The notes under the pieces: model-generated
What the model saw: the letters and a program-made list of their open reading frames with translations, nothing else
The model's database searches: none
Told to the model about the DNA's origin: nothing
Shown: piece by piece, positions 1 to 9,060 of the stretch
Layout of the letters: each line of letters starts with the position of its first letter
Position numbering within the stretch: position 1 is the stretch's first letter
Origin: an uncultured delta proteobacterium
Lineage (GTDB): Bacteria; Desulfobacterota; RBG-13-43-22
Length of the DNA stretch: 64,000 nt
Direction: 5' to 3'
Assembly: GCA_963843145.1 (NCBI GenBank)
Contig: CAWJJC010000022.1
Location: 96,001-160,000 of the forward strand
Position numbers and translations under genes: made by a program

Positions 1-1238
1 TTTTTACTTTCCGGCGGAAGAATCTCTTTGCCATTGGCGGGACCTTTTGGTTTTACTTCTTCTTCCATATGCCGTTCCAGGTCTTTTTCCCGCAACATCC
101 GTGGTTCCTTTTCTGCGGGTTCGCCCTTTTTCAGGGGCTTCCCTTTCACCAGGATATCCGGAATGATCCCTTTGGCCTGAATGGACCGCCCGTTGGGGGT
201 ATAGTAACGTGCGGTGGTCAGTTTTAGGCCGGACCCGTCGTCCAGGGGAATGATCGTCTGGACCGAACCCTTGCCAAACGTGGGCGTACCTAAAATAATG
301 GCCCTTTTTTGGTCTTGAAGTGCTCCGGCGACAATCTCGGAGGCGCTGGCGCTGCCCCCATTGACCAAGACCACCATCGGGTATTTTTGGGGGGTTTTAT
401 TAGGATGCGCGTTGAACTTTAAGTTTTGATCTTTGAGCCGCCCTTGGGTATAAACAATCAATCCGGATTCCAGAAATTCATCGGCTATCTTCACTGCTTC
501 GTTCAATAGGCCGCCCGGATCGTTTCTCAAATCCAAAATCAACCCCTTCAATCCCCCTGGAGCGGCTTCCAACTTTTTTAAGGCCGCCTGGAAATCTTCG
601 GTGGTTTTATCCTGAAAGGTGCTAATCCGGATATAACCAAAATTTTCTTCCAAGCTTTTGGATTTAACGCTTTTTATGGGGATGACTTCCCGGGTGATAC
701 TATATTTTTTGGTTTCTTTTTCGCCTTCGTGCAAGATGGTTAGATTAACTTTTGTTCCTCTTGTTCCCCGGATCAAACGGACCGCCTCGGTCAAACTCAT
801 ATTCTTGGAGGATTTTTCGTTGATCTGAAGAATTTTATCGCCGGCCCGCAATCCGGCTTTATCCGCCGGGGTTCCTTCGATGGGTGAAACCACGGTGAGG
901 ATACCATCTTTCAAAGTGATTTCAATTCCGATGCCGCTGAAGATCCCGGTGGTTTCAATTTCCAGTTCTTTAAATTCCTCCGGGGTCAAAAAGGCCGAAT
1001 GGGGATCCAGAGTGTTGACCATCCCTTTGATGGCGCCATAAATCAGATCCTTGGAGTCCTTTTCCTCCACATATTTTTTTTGAATTTCCGAAAGGGCCTC
1101 GCCAAAAATTTTGATTTTCTGGAAGGTCTTGTCCGAATCCGCGGCAACGATCGGATCTCCATGTTGGTCGATGAAAACGAAAAAAGTAAGGAGCACGAGA
1201 ATCAGACTGGCATATTTAATCTTGGCCGTTTTAGACAT
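1..1238 (-). CDS. ctpA: S41 family carboxyl-terminal processing protease (3' end runs off the window)
   Basis: Manual translation from ATG at 1238: MSKTAKIKYASLIL...LDPHSAFLTP...GIGIEI (PDZ)...LILDLRNDPGGLL...VLVNGGSASASEIVAGALQD...TFGKGSVQ. Absent from the ORF track because the stop codon lies outside the window. Confidence 0.95.
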   Translation of the reverse strand, partial: MSKTAKIKYASLILVLLTFFVFIDQHGDPIVAADSDKTFQKIKIFGEALSEIQKKYVEEKDSKDLIYGAIKGMVNTLDPHSAFLTPEEFKELEIETTGIFSGIGIEITLKDGILTVVSPIEGTPADKAGLRAGDKILQINEKSSKNMSLTEAVRLIRGTRGTKVNLTILHEGEKETKKYSITREVIPIKSVKSKSLEENFGYIRISTFQDKTTEDFQAALKKLEAAPGGLKGLILDLRNDPGGLLNEAVKIADEFLESGLIVYTQGRLKDQNLKFNAHPNKTPQKYPMVVLVNGGSASASEIVAGALQDQKRAIILGTPTFGKGSVQTIIPLDDGSGLKLTTARYYTPNGRSIQAKGIIPDILVKGKPLKKGEPAEKEPRMLREKDLERHMEEEVKPKGPANGKEILPPESK

Positions 1239-1274
1239 AAATCCCCCAGGAAATAAGATAAGGTTAAATTAAGT

Positions 1275-1433
1275 TTGACGGACTCACAAAAAGTCCGCCC
1301 CGCCAAAGGCGGGGTTAAGCCCCGGTCTGAGGTAGGGGTGGAACCATTGGATTTCACTTCCAATGGCGGGGGAGGGGAAGCCATCCCCCGCCGAACAGAA
1401 AGTCGTTTTTTTGACTTTTTGCGAGGTTATCAA
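1275..1433. repeat. MITE-like element with ~21 bp imperfect terminal inverted repeats
   Basis: TTGACGGACTCACAAAAAGTC ... GACTTTTTGCGAGGTTATCAA; a diverged copy lies in the opposite orientation at ~45696-45841. Confidence 0.7.
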
Positions 1434-1435
1434 CT

Positions 1436-2791
1436 TCATTGACTTCCCATCGCCTTCTGCAGTCTGGCATCACCAATCTGAAACCCATATAAGGCGCGGT
1501 AATAATTCACTTTGGCCTGGGTCAGCAGAGTCTGGGCGTCAAACAATTCCAAGGTCGTGGCCACTTGTTCACGGAAGCGGACCTCACTGATTCGAAAGTT
1601 CTCTTCGGCCTGCTCGATAGCTTTGAGAGCCACGCCGATATTTTTTTCCGATTCTTTCAGGTTAATATAGGCTTCCTGCACTTCCAATTGAACGGAGTCC
1701 TGGACCTGGGTTAAGGCGGCCTTCACCTGCTCCCGCTCCCTGATTTTTTCTTGAACCAGATAATGGGTCCGACCCCATTCCCAGAAATTCCACTTTATCC
1801 CGGCACTGATTTCAAAATTATCGGCATAGGTAAAATCGTTGCCGGAGACGTTGGGGGTGTCGCCCTCTTTCTTGTATCGGCTTTGTAAATAGACCTGGGG
1901 GTAGTATTCACTCCGGGCTAATTGGATATTCTTTTGGGCTATTTCCAGTTGGGTATTCACTTCCTTTACTTCCGGACGTTTTTGCAGGGCCTCCTGCTGG
2001 CATTCGCTCAATCTCTTTTCATAGGGTTCGTACTGCTGGATATCTTGAACCGACACCCGTTGCTCCAAGGGCAGTCGTAAAAGGGTATTTAATTGAGATT
2101 GGCTCAATAAGACCAGATTCTCCGCCCGGACCAGCTTTTGCCGGGCATCGGCTAACTCGACTTCGGATTTCAACAAGTCATTTAAAGGGATCAGGCCTAC
2201 TTGAAAATAGTCCTGAGCGATGCGGACATTATCCGCGATTTGAAGGACTGTTTTCTCGGCCACCAGTTTGAGTTGCTGGTTTCCCAGCAGGTTAAAATAG
2301 GCTTCCTTGACGCGCAGGGCTAATTGGAGTTGCTCCTGCTGAAATTTTACTTTTGAGAGATCCACTCCCAATTGGGCCAAGTCATAGTTGGTAATCAGCG
2401 CCAGACCGGTAAAAATCGGCTGCTCCAAGGTGATATTGAAACTATAATTGTCTTGGGTGCCGACGGCAAAGGTGCTTTCCGGTATGGTAAACACCCCAAA
2501 GTCCTGGGCCGGGATTTTGGCCTTGGGGGGATTGTCAACATAACTATAATTATATTGGCTACTTAGCTTAGGAAAAAATCCTGTTTGCGCCCTTTTCTTT
2601 TTATAGGCAGCCGATTGGATGGCTTCTTTGGAAGCTTGCAGGGTTGGACTGACCTCAAAAGCCCGGGCGATAGCTTCTGTCAGGGTCCAGGTTTTCAAGG
2701 AGGTCTCCGAGGCCGGGGCGACTCCGGTCAAGCAGGCCAGGAGCAATCCCGGGATGAGGACCCGAAAAGACCATGTAATCAAAGGCAGCAT
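1436..2791 (-). CDS. TolC family outer membrane efflux protein
   Basis: Signal peptide, OEP repeats (LEQPIFTG, YYPQVYL, WNFWEWG), 451 aa. Confidence 0.92.
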   Translation of the reverse strand: MLPLITWSFRVLIPGLLLACLTGVAPASETSLKTWTLTEAIARAFEVSPTLQASKEAIQSAAYKKKRAQTGFFPKLSSQYNYSYVDNPPKAKIPAQDFGVFTIPESTFAVGTQDNYSFNITLEQPIFTGLALITNYDLAQLGVDLSKVKFQQEQLQLALRVKEAYFNLLGNQQLKLVAEKTVLQIADNVRIAQDYFQVGLIPLNDLLKSEVELADARQKLVRAENLVLLSQSQLNTLLRLPLEQRVSVQDIQQYEPYEKRLSECQQEALQKRPEVKEVNTQLEIAQKNIQLARSEYYPQVYLQSRYKKEGDTPNVSGNDFTYADNFEISAGIKWNFWEWGRTHYLVQEKIREREQVKAALTQVQDSVQLEVQEAYINLKESEKNIGVALKAIEQAEENFRISEVRFREQVATTLELFDAQTLLTQAKVNYYRALYGFQIGDARLQKAMGSQ

Positions 2792-2923
2792 AAATCCAGG
2801 ATCGTTTTTCTATTTATATCTAAAAAAGCATTATAATCCGAATCAGGTTAAGTCAAGTGAAAAAGCAGGGAATATCTTTATTTATTTAAAATAGTTGTCG
2901 AGGACTTGGCCGGTGGGGGAAAA

Positions 2924-2956
2924 GTGGGGAACCTTGTCGATGACAGGGTTCCCCAC
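2924..2956 (-). terminator. Intrinsic terminator downstream of the lsrF-like gene
   Basis: GTGGGGAACC-TTGTC-GAT-GACAG-GGTTCCCCAC hairpin followed by TTTT on the minus strand. Confidence 0.65.
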
Positions 2957-2992
2957 CGTTTGAACCAGCGGTATCTGAGAGAGATCCGGTGA

Positions 2993-3778
2993 TTAACCCG
3001 AATGCTTCACCGTATTAAACAATTCCAGGGCTTGCCGGGGGGTCGCTTTTTCGTGGACTACGGCCCGAACGGCCTGGATCATGGCCTTGGGGTTCTCGGA
3101 TTGAAAGATGTTCCGCCCCATATCCACGCCCACGGCCCCCCGTTGCACGGCATTGTAAGCCAACTCCAGCGCCTCGGGTTCAGGCAGTTTCTTACCACCG
3201 GCGATCACCACCGGGACCGGGCAACTGTTGACCAATTTGTCGAAATCTTCGCAATAATATGTTTTTATCAAATGGGCGCCCAGTTCAGCCGCTATTCGCG
3301 AAGCCAGGCTTAAATAGCGGACATCCCTGCCCATTTCCTTGCCGACGGCTGTGACGGCCAAAATGGGAATTCCGTATTTTTCCCCTTCATTAATCAGGTT
3401 GGACAGGGAGACCAAGGTCTGTTTTTCATATTCCGCACCGATAAAAATGGACAGGGCCAGGCCGGAAGCATTCAGCCGGATGGCGTCTTCCATAGATAGG
3501 GTGATTTCTTCATTGGACAGCTCTTTCAGGACGCTGGAGCCACCCGAGACCCTCAGGACGATAGGAACCTGGACTTCCTCGGGGATCGAACTCCTTAACA
3601 TCCCCCGGTTAAGCATCAGGCAATCCGCATAGGGAATCAACGGAACAATGGTTTCACCGGGCTTTTCCAGGCCTGAAGTAGGCCCTAAAAAATAACCATG
3701 GTCCACGGCCAGCATTACGGTCCGGCCGGTATCCGGTCTGATAATCTTCGCCAGACGATTTTTCATGCCCCAATCCAC
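2993..3778 (-). CDS. lsrF: LsrF-like class I aldolase/thiolase (DeoC/FbaB family)
   Basis: DWGMKNRL...MLAVDHGYFLGP...KTYYC...IAGGKK...DMGRNIFQ; GTG start at 3778 with AAGGAGG RBS. Confidence 0.85.
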   Translation of the reverse strand: MDWGMKNRLAKIIRPDTGRTVMLAVDHGYFLGPTSGLEKPGETIVPLIPYADCLMLNRGMLRSSIPEEVQVPIVLRVSGGSSVLKELSNEEITLSMEDAIRLNASGLALSIFIGAEYEKQTLVSLSNLINEGEKYGIPILAVTAVGKEMGRDVRYLSLASRIAAELGAHLIKTYYCEDFDKLVNSCPVPVVIAGGKKLPEPEALELAYNAVQRGAVGVDMGRNIFQSENPKAMIQAVRAVVHEKATPRQALELFNTVKHSG

Positions 3779-3919
3779 GATAATCTTCCTCCTTCCGAGT
3801 CTGATATATTGATCAAATGAACAACAGACCAATGTCCGGGCCACCCCGGATTTTGACTGAAATTACTTAGGTATCTTTGCAATTTAACAGCGCCGCCCCT
3901 ACAAAACAAGGGATTTTTT

Positions 3920-4948
3920 TCATTTTTGCGGTTCAATAATGACTTTTAGGGAGGTATCGCCTTCGACCACCAAACGAAACCCTTCCTGGGTCTGGGCTAA
4001 AGGGTAGCGGTGGGTGATCAACCGGTCCAGATCCAGGATACCGGCCTGGATGAGTTGGCTGGCCCGCCAGTGGTCGGCCGGGCTGCCGGCGTAGGAGGTG
4101 GTCAGGGTGATGTCGTTTCGGAAAAAAAGATCATTGATGGACAGCGGGATGGTCACCCCCTGGTCGGTGGGGGCAAAAAAAAGAACCGTTCCTCCACGTT
4201 CCACGGAGCCCAGGGCCTGAAGCTGGGCCTGCCGAGCACCGGTGCAGACCAGAACCCGGTCGGCCAAAAAACCGCCGTTAACTTCCTGAAGCAAGGATGG
4301 TATGAAGTGGTCGGCGGGGAAAACGAAATCGGCCCCCAGTTGTCTGGCTGCCTCCAGACGGAAGGAACTGAGATCAGTGGCCACAATCCGACCGGCTCCC
4401 AATGATCGGGCCAGTTGAATATGAAGCAAACCGGCAAGGCCGCTTCCCAGGACCAAGACTGTCTGCCCGGGACCGATCCGGGCGATCTGCTGGGCCCTTA
4501 ACACGCAGGCCAGGGGCTCGATGAAGGTGGCGGCCTCATAGGACAGGCCTTCCGGCAGCCGATAGATCCCGCGGTCGACGTTGATGGCCGGGAGACGGAC
4601 ATATTCGGCGAATCCTCCGGGGTAGAAGTTGGTTCGGCGCAAGGTGTCGCAAACGGTCGGATGACCGCTCAGGCAATAAGGACAGGTATTGCAGGGCACG
4701 TGATGGGAGGCGGCTACCCGGTCCCCGGGGTGGTATTTCTCGACTTGGGCACCCACTTCCACAATTTCGCCGCCGATTTCATGCCCCAGGACCAGGGGGG
4801 CCTTGTGAAGGCGATACCATTCCATCACGTCGCTGCCGCAGATCCCGCTGGCTTCAATGCGTATCAGGATCTCCTCGGGTCCGATTTCCGGTCGGGGCAG
4901 CTCTTCGATCCGGATATCCCGATTGTTATAGTACATGGCTACACGCAT
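3920..4948 (-). CDS. Zn-dependent medium-chain (sorbitol/threonine-type) dehydrogenase
   Basis: GICGSD, GHE, CxxCxxC-x7-C structural Zn site, GSGLAG Rossmann motif. Confidence 0.92.
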   Translation of the reverse strand: MRVAMYYNNRDIRIEELPRPEIGPEEILIRIEASGICGSDVMEWYRLHKAPLVLGHEIGGEIVEVGAQVEKYHPGDRVAASHHVPCNTCPYCLSGHPTVCDTLRRTNFYPGGFAEYVRLPAINVDRGIYRLPEGLSYEAATFIEPLACVLRAQQIARIGPGQTVLVLGSGLAGLLHIQLARSLGAGRIVATDLSSFRLEAARQLGADFVFPADHFIPSLLQEVNGGFLADRVLVCTGARQAQLQALGSVERGGTVLFFAPTDQGVTIPLSINDLFFRNDITLTTSYAGSPADHWRASQLIQAGILDLDRLITHRYPLAQTQEGFRLVVEGDTSLKVIIEPQK

Positions 4949-5153
4949 ACTTGGCTCCTGAAACCCTTCTGAGGGAGGGAAATTTAATTTTTCCCATATT
5001 ACGAATGGAGGTCAATAATATCCAGAAAAAAGGAAAACTTTCAACAGGCAGAAGCAGGAATTAATTAGGAGACATTCTTAGATTTCGGGAACGGGGAGAA
5101 GCAGCCGAGAAGGCAAGGACATCATTTAGGTCAGAAATTCACTCTATACCTTC

Positions 5154-5759
5154 TTAATTTCTTGCCACCTCTTCCTGAAAACGACAAAAATGGATTGAAA
5201 GTTTAAAGACAAATAAATAAAAACCAAAACGGCTTAAAGTGAAGACCTTAGAGTTTTCATTTTCTAGGTCTAATACTTTTGAAGGCATTGTATAAAGTTG
5301 ATCAAATAGGGCTATATAATCTTCTGGCAGGTAACTATCAGCCGGCAGGAAAAAAATACTGGTGATTCTCTGCTTCTTGATAGATTCAACCTTATTTTCA
5401 ATTTCTGGATCCTTAATTTTTTCTTTTTTGAGCAAAGCCACATACCCGGAAAGAGGAATAAGCGGAGCGAAGGTTATTTGAATTGGCAAGTCACGCTTAT
5501 TATTCGGTGAAACATCACAACTATTGGATAAAATAATTCCTAAAATTAATGCCTTATCTCCAGAATCAAAATTACGAATTTGTAATTTTTTCCAACCGTC
5601 GCCCTGTAACATTTTATCTTGGAAGTTGTTTGAAAAATAATTTGTTTTTATGGTTGAATTATTGATGAAGGCGTTTAATTCCTTTAAAAGCCCGTCTTTC
5701 TGGCCTTGGGTAAGATAGTAAGGAATTTGATCTCTAAAAGACTCAGATGTTATTTCCAT
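5154..5759 (-). CDS. Hypothetical protein, possibly PemK/MazF-like fold
   Basis: 201 aa in an AT-rich island; QGD...ILSNSCDV...ITFAPL pattern is reminiscent of PemK-fold proteins (inference). Confidence 0.6.
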   Translation of the reverse strand: MEITSESFRDQIPYYLTQGQKDGLLKELNAFINNSTIKTNYFSNNFQDKMLQGDGWKKLQIRNFDSGDKALILGIILSNSCDVSPNNKRDLPIQITFAPLIPLSGYVALLKKEKIKDPEIENKVESIKKQRITSIFFLPADSYLPEDYIALFDQLYTMPSKVLDLENENSKVFTLSRFGFYLFVFKLSIHFCRFQEEVARN

Positions 5760-5768
5760 AGTACCACT

Positions 5769-6116
5769 TCAGGTGCGAACGAGCAGATCCCAAAGATTAT
5801 CGAACAATACTTGTTCGAATTCTTTTCCAAGCGGCTCTTGCTTTGCTAAAAGTTGCGCGTAGAAGGAGGCTAATTTATCCTCAAAGCTAAGGTCCAAACT
5901 CTCATACTCTCCGGTAAATTGGTTGGAATATTGTCCAAATGTTCTTGAACTTTTTTCTATTTTGACGGGAGAGCGAACAAGGGATGCTATATCATTCTTT
6001 GAATTCGGCCCATCACCTAATATAGGTCCAAAGGATCCAAGAAGGAGACCCGCTCCTATAATTATCGCAATGGCTCCTGAGGTGTTTGTCTCCTGATTGA
6101 TAGTATAGTCATTCAT
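5769..6116 (-). CDS. Hypothetical small protein (hydrophobic N-terminal segment, acidic C-terminus)
   Basis: ATG at 6116 overlaps the stop of the upstream gene (ATGAATGA), suggesting translational coupling. Confidence 0.65.
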   Translation of the reverse strand: MNDYTINQETNTSGAIAIIIGAGLLLGSFGPILGDGPNSKNDIASLVRSPVKIEKSSRTFGQYSNQFTGEYESLDLSFEDKLASFYAQLLAKQEPLGKEFEQVLFDNLWDLLVRT

Positions 6117-6861
6117 AGACTGCCTCCAAATAAGCAAGGGTTTCTGGTTTTAGGCAATCGAAAAACGTTTTCTCGGTTTCATTATGTATTTGATCCAAGC
6201 GATCAATAAATTCCACCATAAATTCGCTCAAATCACTTGTTTGATAATTACAAACAGTATCTATGGCAACCAACACGCCTTTTCGCTCTTGGGCATTCGG
6301 TATTTTAGCTGAAGCTGGGGCAGCTATTTGTATAGCATTTATAAAATTTTCGTGCGGGATTTCGACACGAACGGTAAAATTTTCTTCCTTCAGTCTATGG
6401 GTGCCGATCAAAATATCTAAGGCGACCCTCTCGATTTGTTTAGCCAAATCTTCGCCTTCTATTATATCGACATATTTTATTGAATACCGTTCCACATTTT
6501 GAACAATATCACTATCAATAAGAATCCTAATAACTTCTACAATTTTTTCCCTAAAGTTTGTCCACCCTGGGTATGGGACAGTACATGCGATTCCAAGAGT
6601 TTTGTCCCCTATTAGAATAATAAAATTATCCCAATTTATTTTCATTAAGGGTTGATATCGCAAATTGGGATCGATATCTCTAATTTGGGGAGGAACTTGA
6701 GCAATAGGGAGAGGTTCGACGACTGTTTTTGCACCCAATTTAGCAAAGAAGAAGCCGGGGAGAACACTAGATGCCGCAAGTGCCGCAGAAAAACGAATCT
6801 CAAAAACTGCCTCGATTAGCGGTTCTTTTTTCAGTTTTTTTGGAAGCGCTTGATTTGTCAT
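6109..6861 (-). CDS. TIGR04255 family protein
   Basis: 250 aa; N-terminal LKKEPLIEAVFEIRF, YPGW..F, RYSIKYVDII, and C-terminal LDQIHNETEKTFFDCL are typical of the family. Confidence 0.8.
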   Translation of the reverse strand: MTNQALPKKLKKEPLIEAVFEIRFSAALAASSVLPGFFFAKLGAKTVVEPLPIAQVPPQIRDIDPNLRYQPLMKINWDNFIILIGDKTLGIACTVPYPGWTNFREKIVEVIRILIDSDIVQNVERYSIKYVDIIEGEDLAKQIERVALDILIGTHRLKEENFTVRVEIPHENFINAIQIAAPASAKIPNAQERKGVLVAIDTVCNYQTSDLSEFMVEFIDRLDQIHNETEKTFFDCLKPETLAYLEAVYE

Positions 6862-7151
6862 TTCTTCCCCTCTATCGAACCCGCATAGAGTGGTCGGAAA
6901 GGTAATATAATCATCTTACGAATTAATTTAAAGTCAATTCTCGAAATACCTTAGCCTCGCGGTAACCGACCATTTTTTAAATATATCAGAAAATGGCCAG
7001 GTAAGCATTAAATTTTCGGTAATTATACTTGCTAAAATATAGTTTGCAACTAGAAAAACCAATTGGAATCGCCGAATTTTTTTGTAATTATCCCAAGATA
7101 ATACAACAGTTTTTGTTTAGAGGCTTGGGCACCTCCTTCCCCCTCAAAGGG

Positions 7152-7272
7152 GGTCCAGACTATGCCCGCCAGTGTGATACTCGGGGTGGTAGATTCAGGT
7201 CCTGACGGTTCGAGAATTCGAAGCGGTCCGTCCCGGCTCCCCTCAGTGACCTGACCATCCGGGCTTAGGACC
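7152..7272. other. Unassigned rod-like folded element (~120 nt)
   Basis: Nested pairings GGTCC/GGACC, GCCCG/CGGGC, GGTGGT/ACCATC, CAGGTC/GACCTG, CTGA/TCAG and an apical TTCGA/TCGAA hairpin. Confidence 0.4.
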
Positions 7273-9000
7273 ATTCCTTTTTTTTGATTTTTTCGTGCAG
7301 GGCCTCTTTTTGCAGCCCTTGGGTTTGTTCCCATTGATGGAGCAGGTTTGTCGGGACTTCAACCAAAAAATACCCGGGCCTGATCTGGCAGGTCTCCGGT
7401 TCCTCGTCCCAGTCATAGCGGTTGGTGCTGTCCAGATCGAAAGGCGTTCCCCGAAAGGCCCCGGTCAGGGGAGAAATCCGGGAGAAGATATGGCGGTCCA
7501 GAACACCGAGGCAATTCGGTATGGCATGAGGGCTGATGCAGCGAATCAGGTGGGAGGGACTCGGGTACGCAGCCAGTAGCCGGTGGAAGCGAAATAGGCC
7601 CCTTCCCGGATGAGGGATAGGGAATCCATCTGAAAGGCATTCAGGATCAGGCCGTACCGGGGCCCAACGAGTATCGGGATATTCATTTCCTCCAATTGCT
7701 GCAGAAAGACCAGCATCCGTTCCAGGTAGGAGATAAAGGTGACCAGTTCTTCTTTTTTGAGCTCCAAACTTTCCGCTATTTGCCCAACCTGGTAAAGAAT
7801 CTCCTGAGATAATAATGGGATGGGATGTAGATCGTACAGGGCGGTCAGGTTATAGGACGCCAGTCTATCCCGAAGGGAATCTTTAAGGGGATAGGACAAG
7901 GGAGCGCGATCTTCGGAAGGCAGGCCCTGAAGGATGAGCTGGGCCGGCACCTTGCCTACCGTGATCAAGCCCATGGATTCCAAGGCCTGGGATTGCTGGC
8001 CGGAGAAGACTTGAAACAGGTCTTCCCGGACTTCCGGAGAGATGTATTTCCGCCGGAAGTCCTGCATAATGGTATAGATCTGGCGGTAAATAAAAGTAGT
8101 CAATAATAAATCGGATTTCAGATTGCTCAGTTGGATTCGGCTATGGATTAAGCGCAAAATGTCTTCATTGGTATTGCGAAGAACCAAAAAACGGCCTACC
8201 TGGAGGGCCTCTATTTCGTTCTTCCTGCGGAGGAAGTCGATAAAGCGCGTCACCAAATGAGAGAAGCTGTCTCGATATTCGAGCCGTTTCTTCAGTTCAT
8301 CATAATTCTCCCCGAACCAGTTCAGGCTGATCTGGTGCTTGTCCCCGATTTCATCCTGTAATTCCAGGAATTTTCGATAGATTGTTTGATAGGCCGACAA
8401 ACTCTGAAAGAGGATTTGTTTTTCTTCCTCCCGCAGGGAAGGATGACAGGCACAAAAAATAAAAAGCGATTCCACCTCAAAATGGGTGATTAAAACCGCG
8501 CAGGCCAGGGTTTTAACTCCCCGTTTGACCGCCGGATTTTTCCCTAAGACGATCTTGGAAAGGGGCTCGATGATAATTAAAAACTCAGGGGATAGTTTGA
8601 GCAGGAAGTTGAGTAATTCGATGAATAGTTGGGGGGACACGGGAGGGTAATTCGGGGAAAGCACCTCCAGCACTATTTTGGCAATAAGACCTTCCAGGAG
8701 GACCGAGGATTCCCCTTCCGGGAAAATATCATAAAGGGCCTGGATGTTTTCAATGATCCTTAAATCGTAGGGGGTTTCCGGGAACAGGATGGCCTTTAAA
8801 TCATCCCAGACTTCTTCATCCGTCAGATTTTCCAGGAGTGTTTCGGATTCATTCCATAGTTCCAGGAGTGTCTTCCGGTCAAGATATCCCGTTTTTTGAG
8901 GAGAAAAAAGAAAGGCCGAGCTGGAAGGGTCGGTTCGACTAATCTGGGAAGTGATCGAGGCCCTGACTTGCTCTTTGAGCGCTAATCGGGGAGGGGACAT
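7265..9000 (-). CDS. Hypothetical protein, probably ~580 aa with a 1-nt frameshift near 7552
   Basis: The 484 aa ORF stops at 7546, but a shifted frame continues HLIRCISPHAIPN...LHEKIKKKEWS to TAA at 7265; the shift falls at a C run. Confidence 0.65.
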
Positions 9001-9014
9001 GGGGACCTCCAGAA

Positions 9015-9047
9015 GGCCGTCCCCTCTAATCTCTTGGGGGGACGGCC
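9015..9047 (-). terminator. GC-rich hairpin after the carboxyltransferase gene
   Basis: GGCCGTCCCC-N13-GGGGACGGCC; no clear U-tract. Confidence 0.45.
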
Positions 9048-9060
9048 GTTGAAGGATTTT

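Noticed and set aside
7152-7272. Assignment of the folded element as SRP RNA, 6S RNA or tRNA-Sec
   Set aside because: It lacks the SRP core motif and a cloverleaf/UCA anticodon, and its length and context do not fit 6S; left unassigned.
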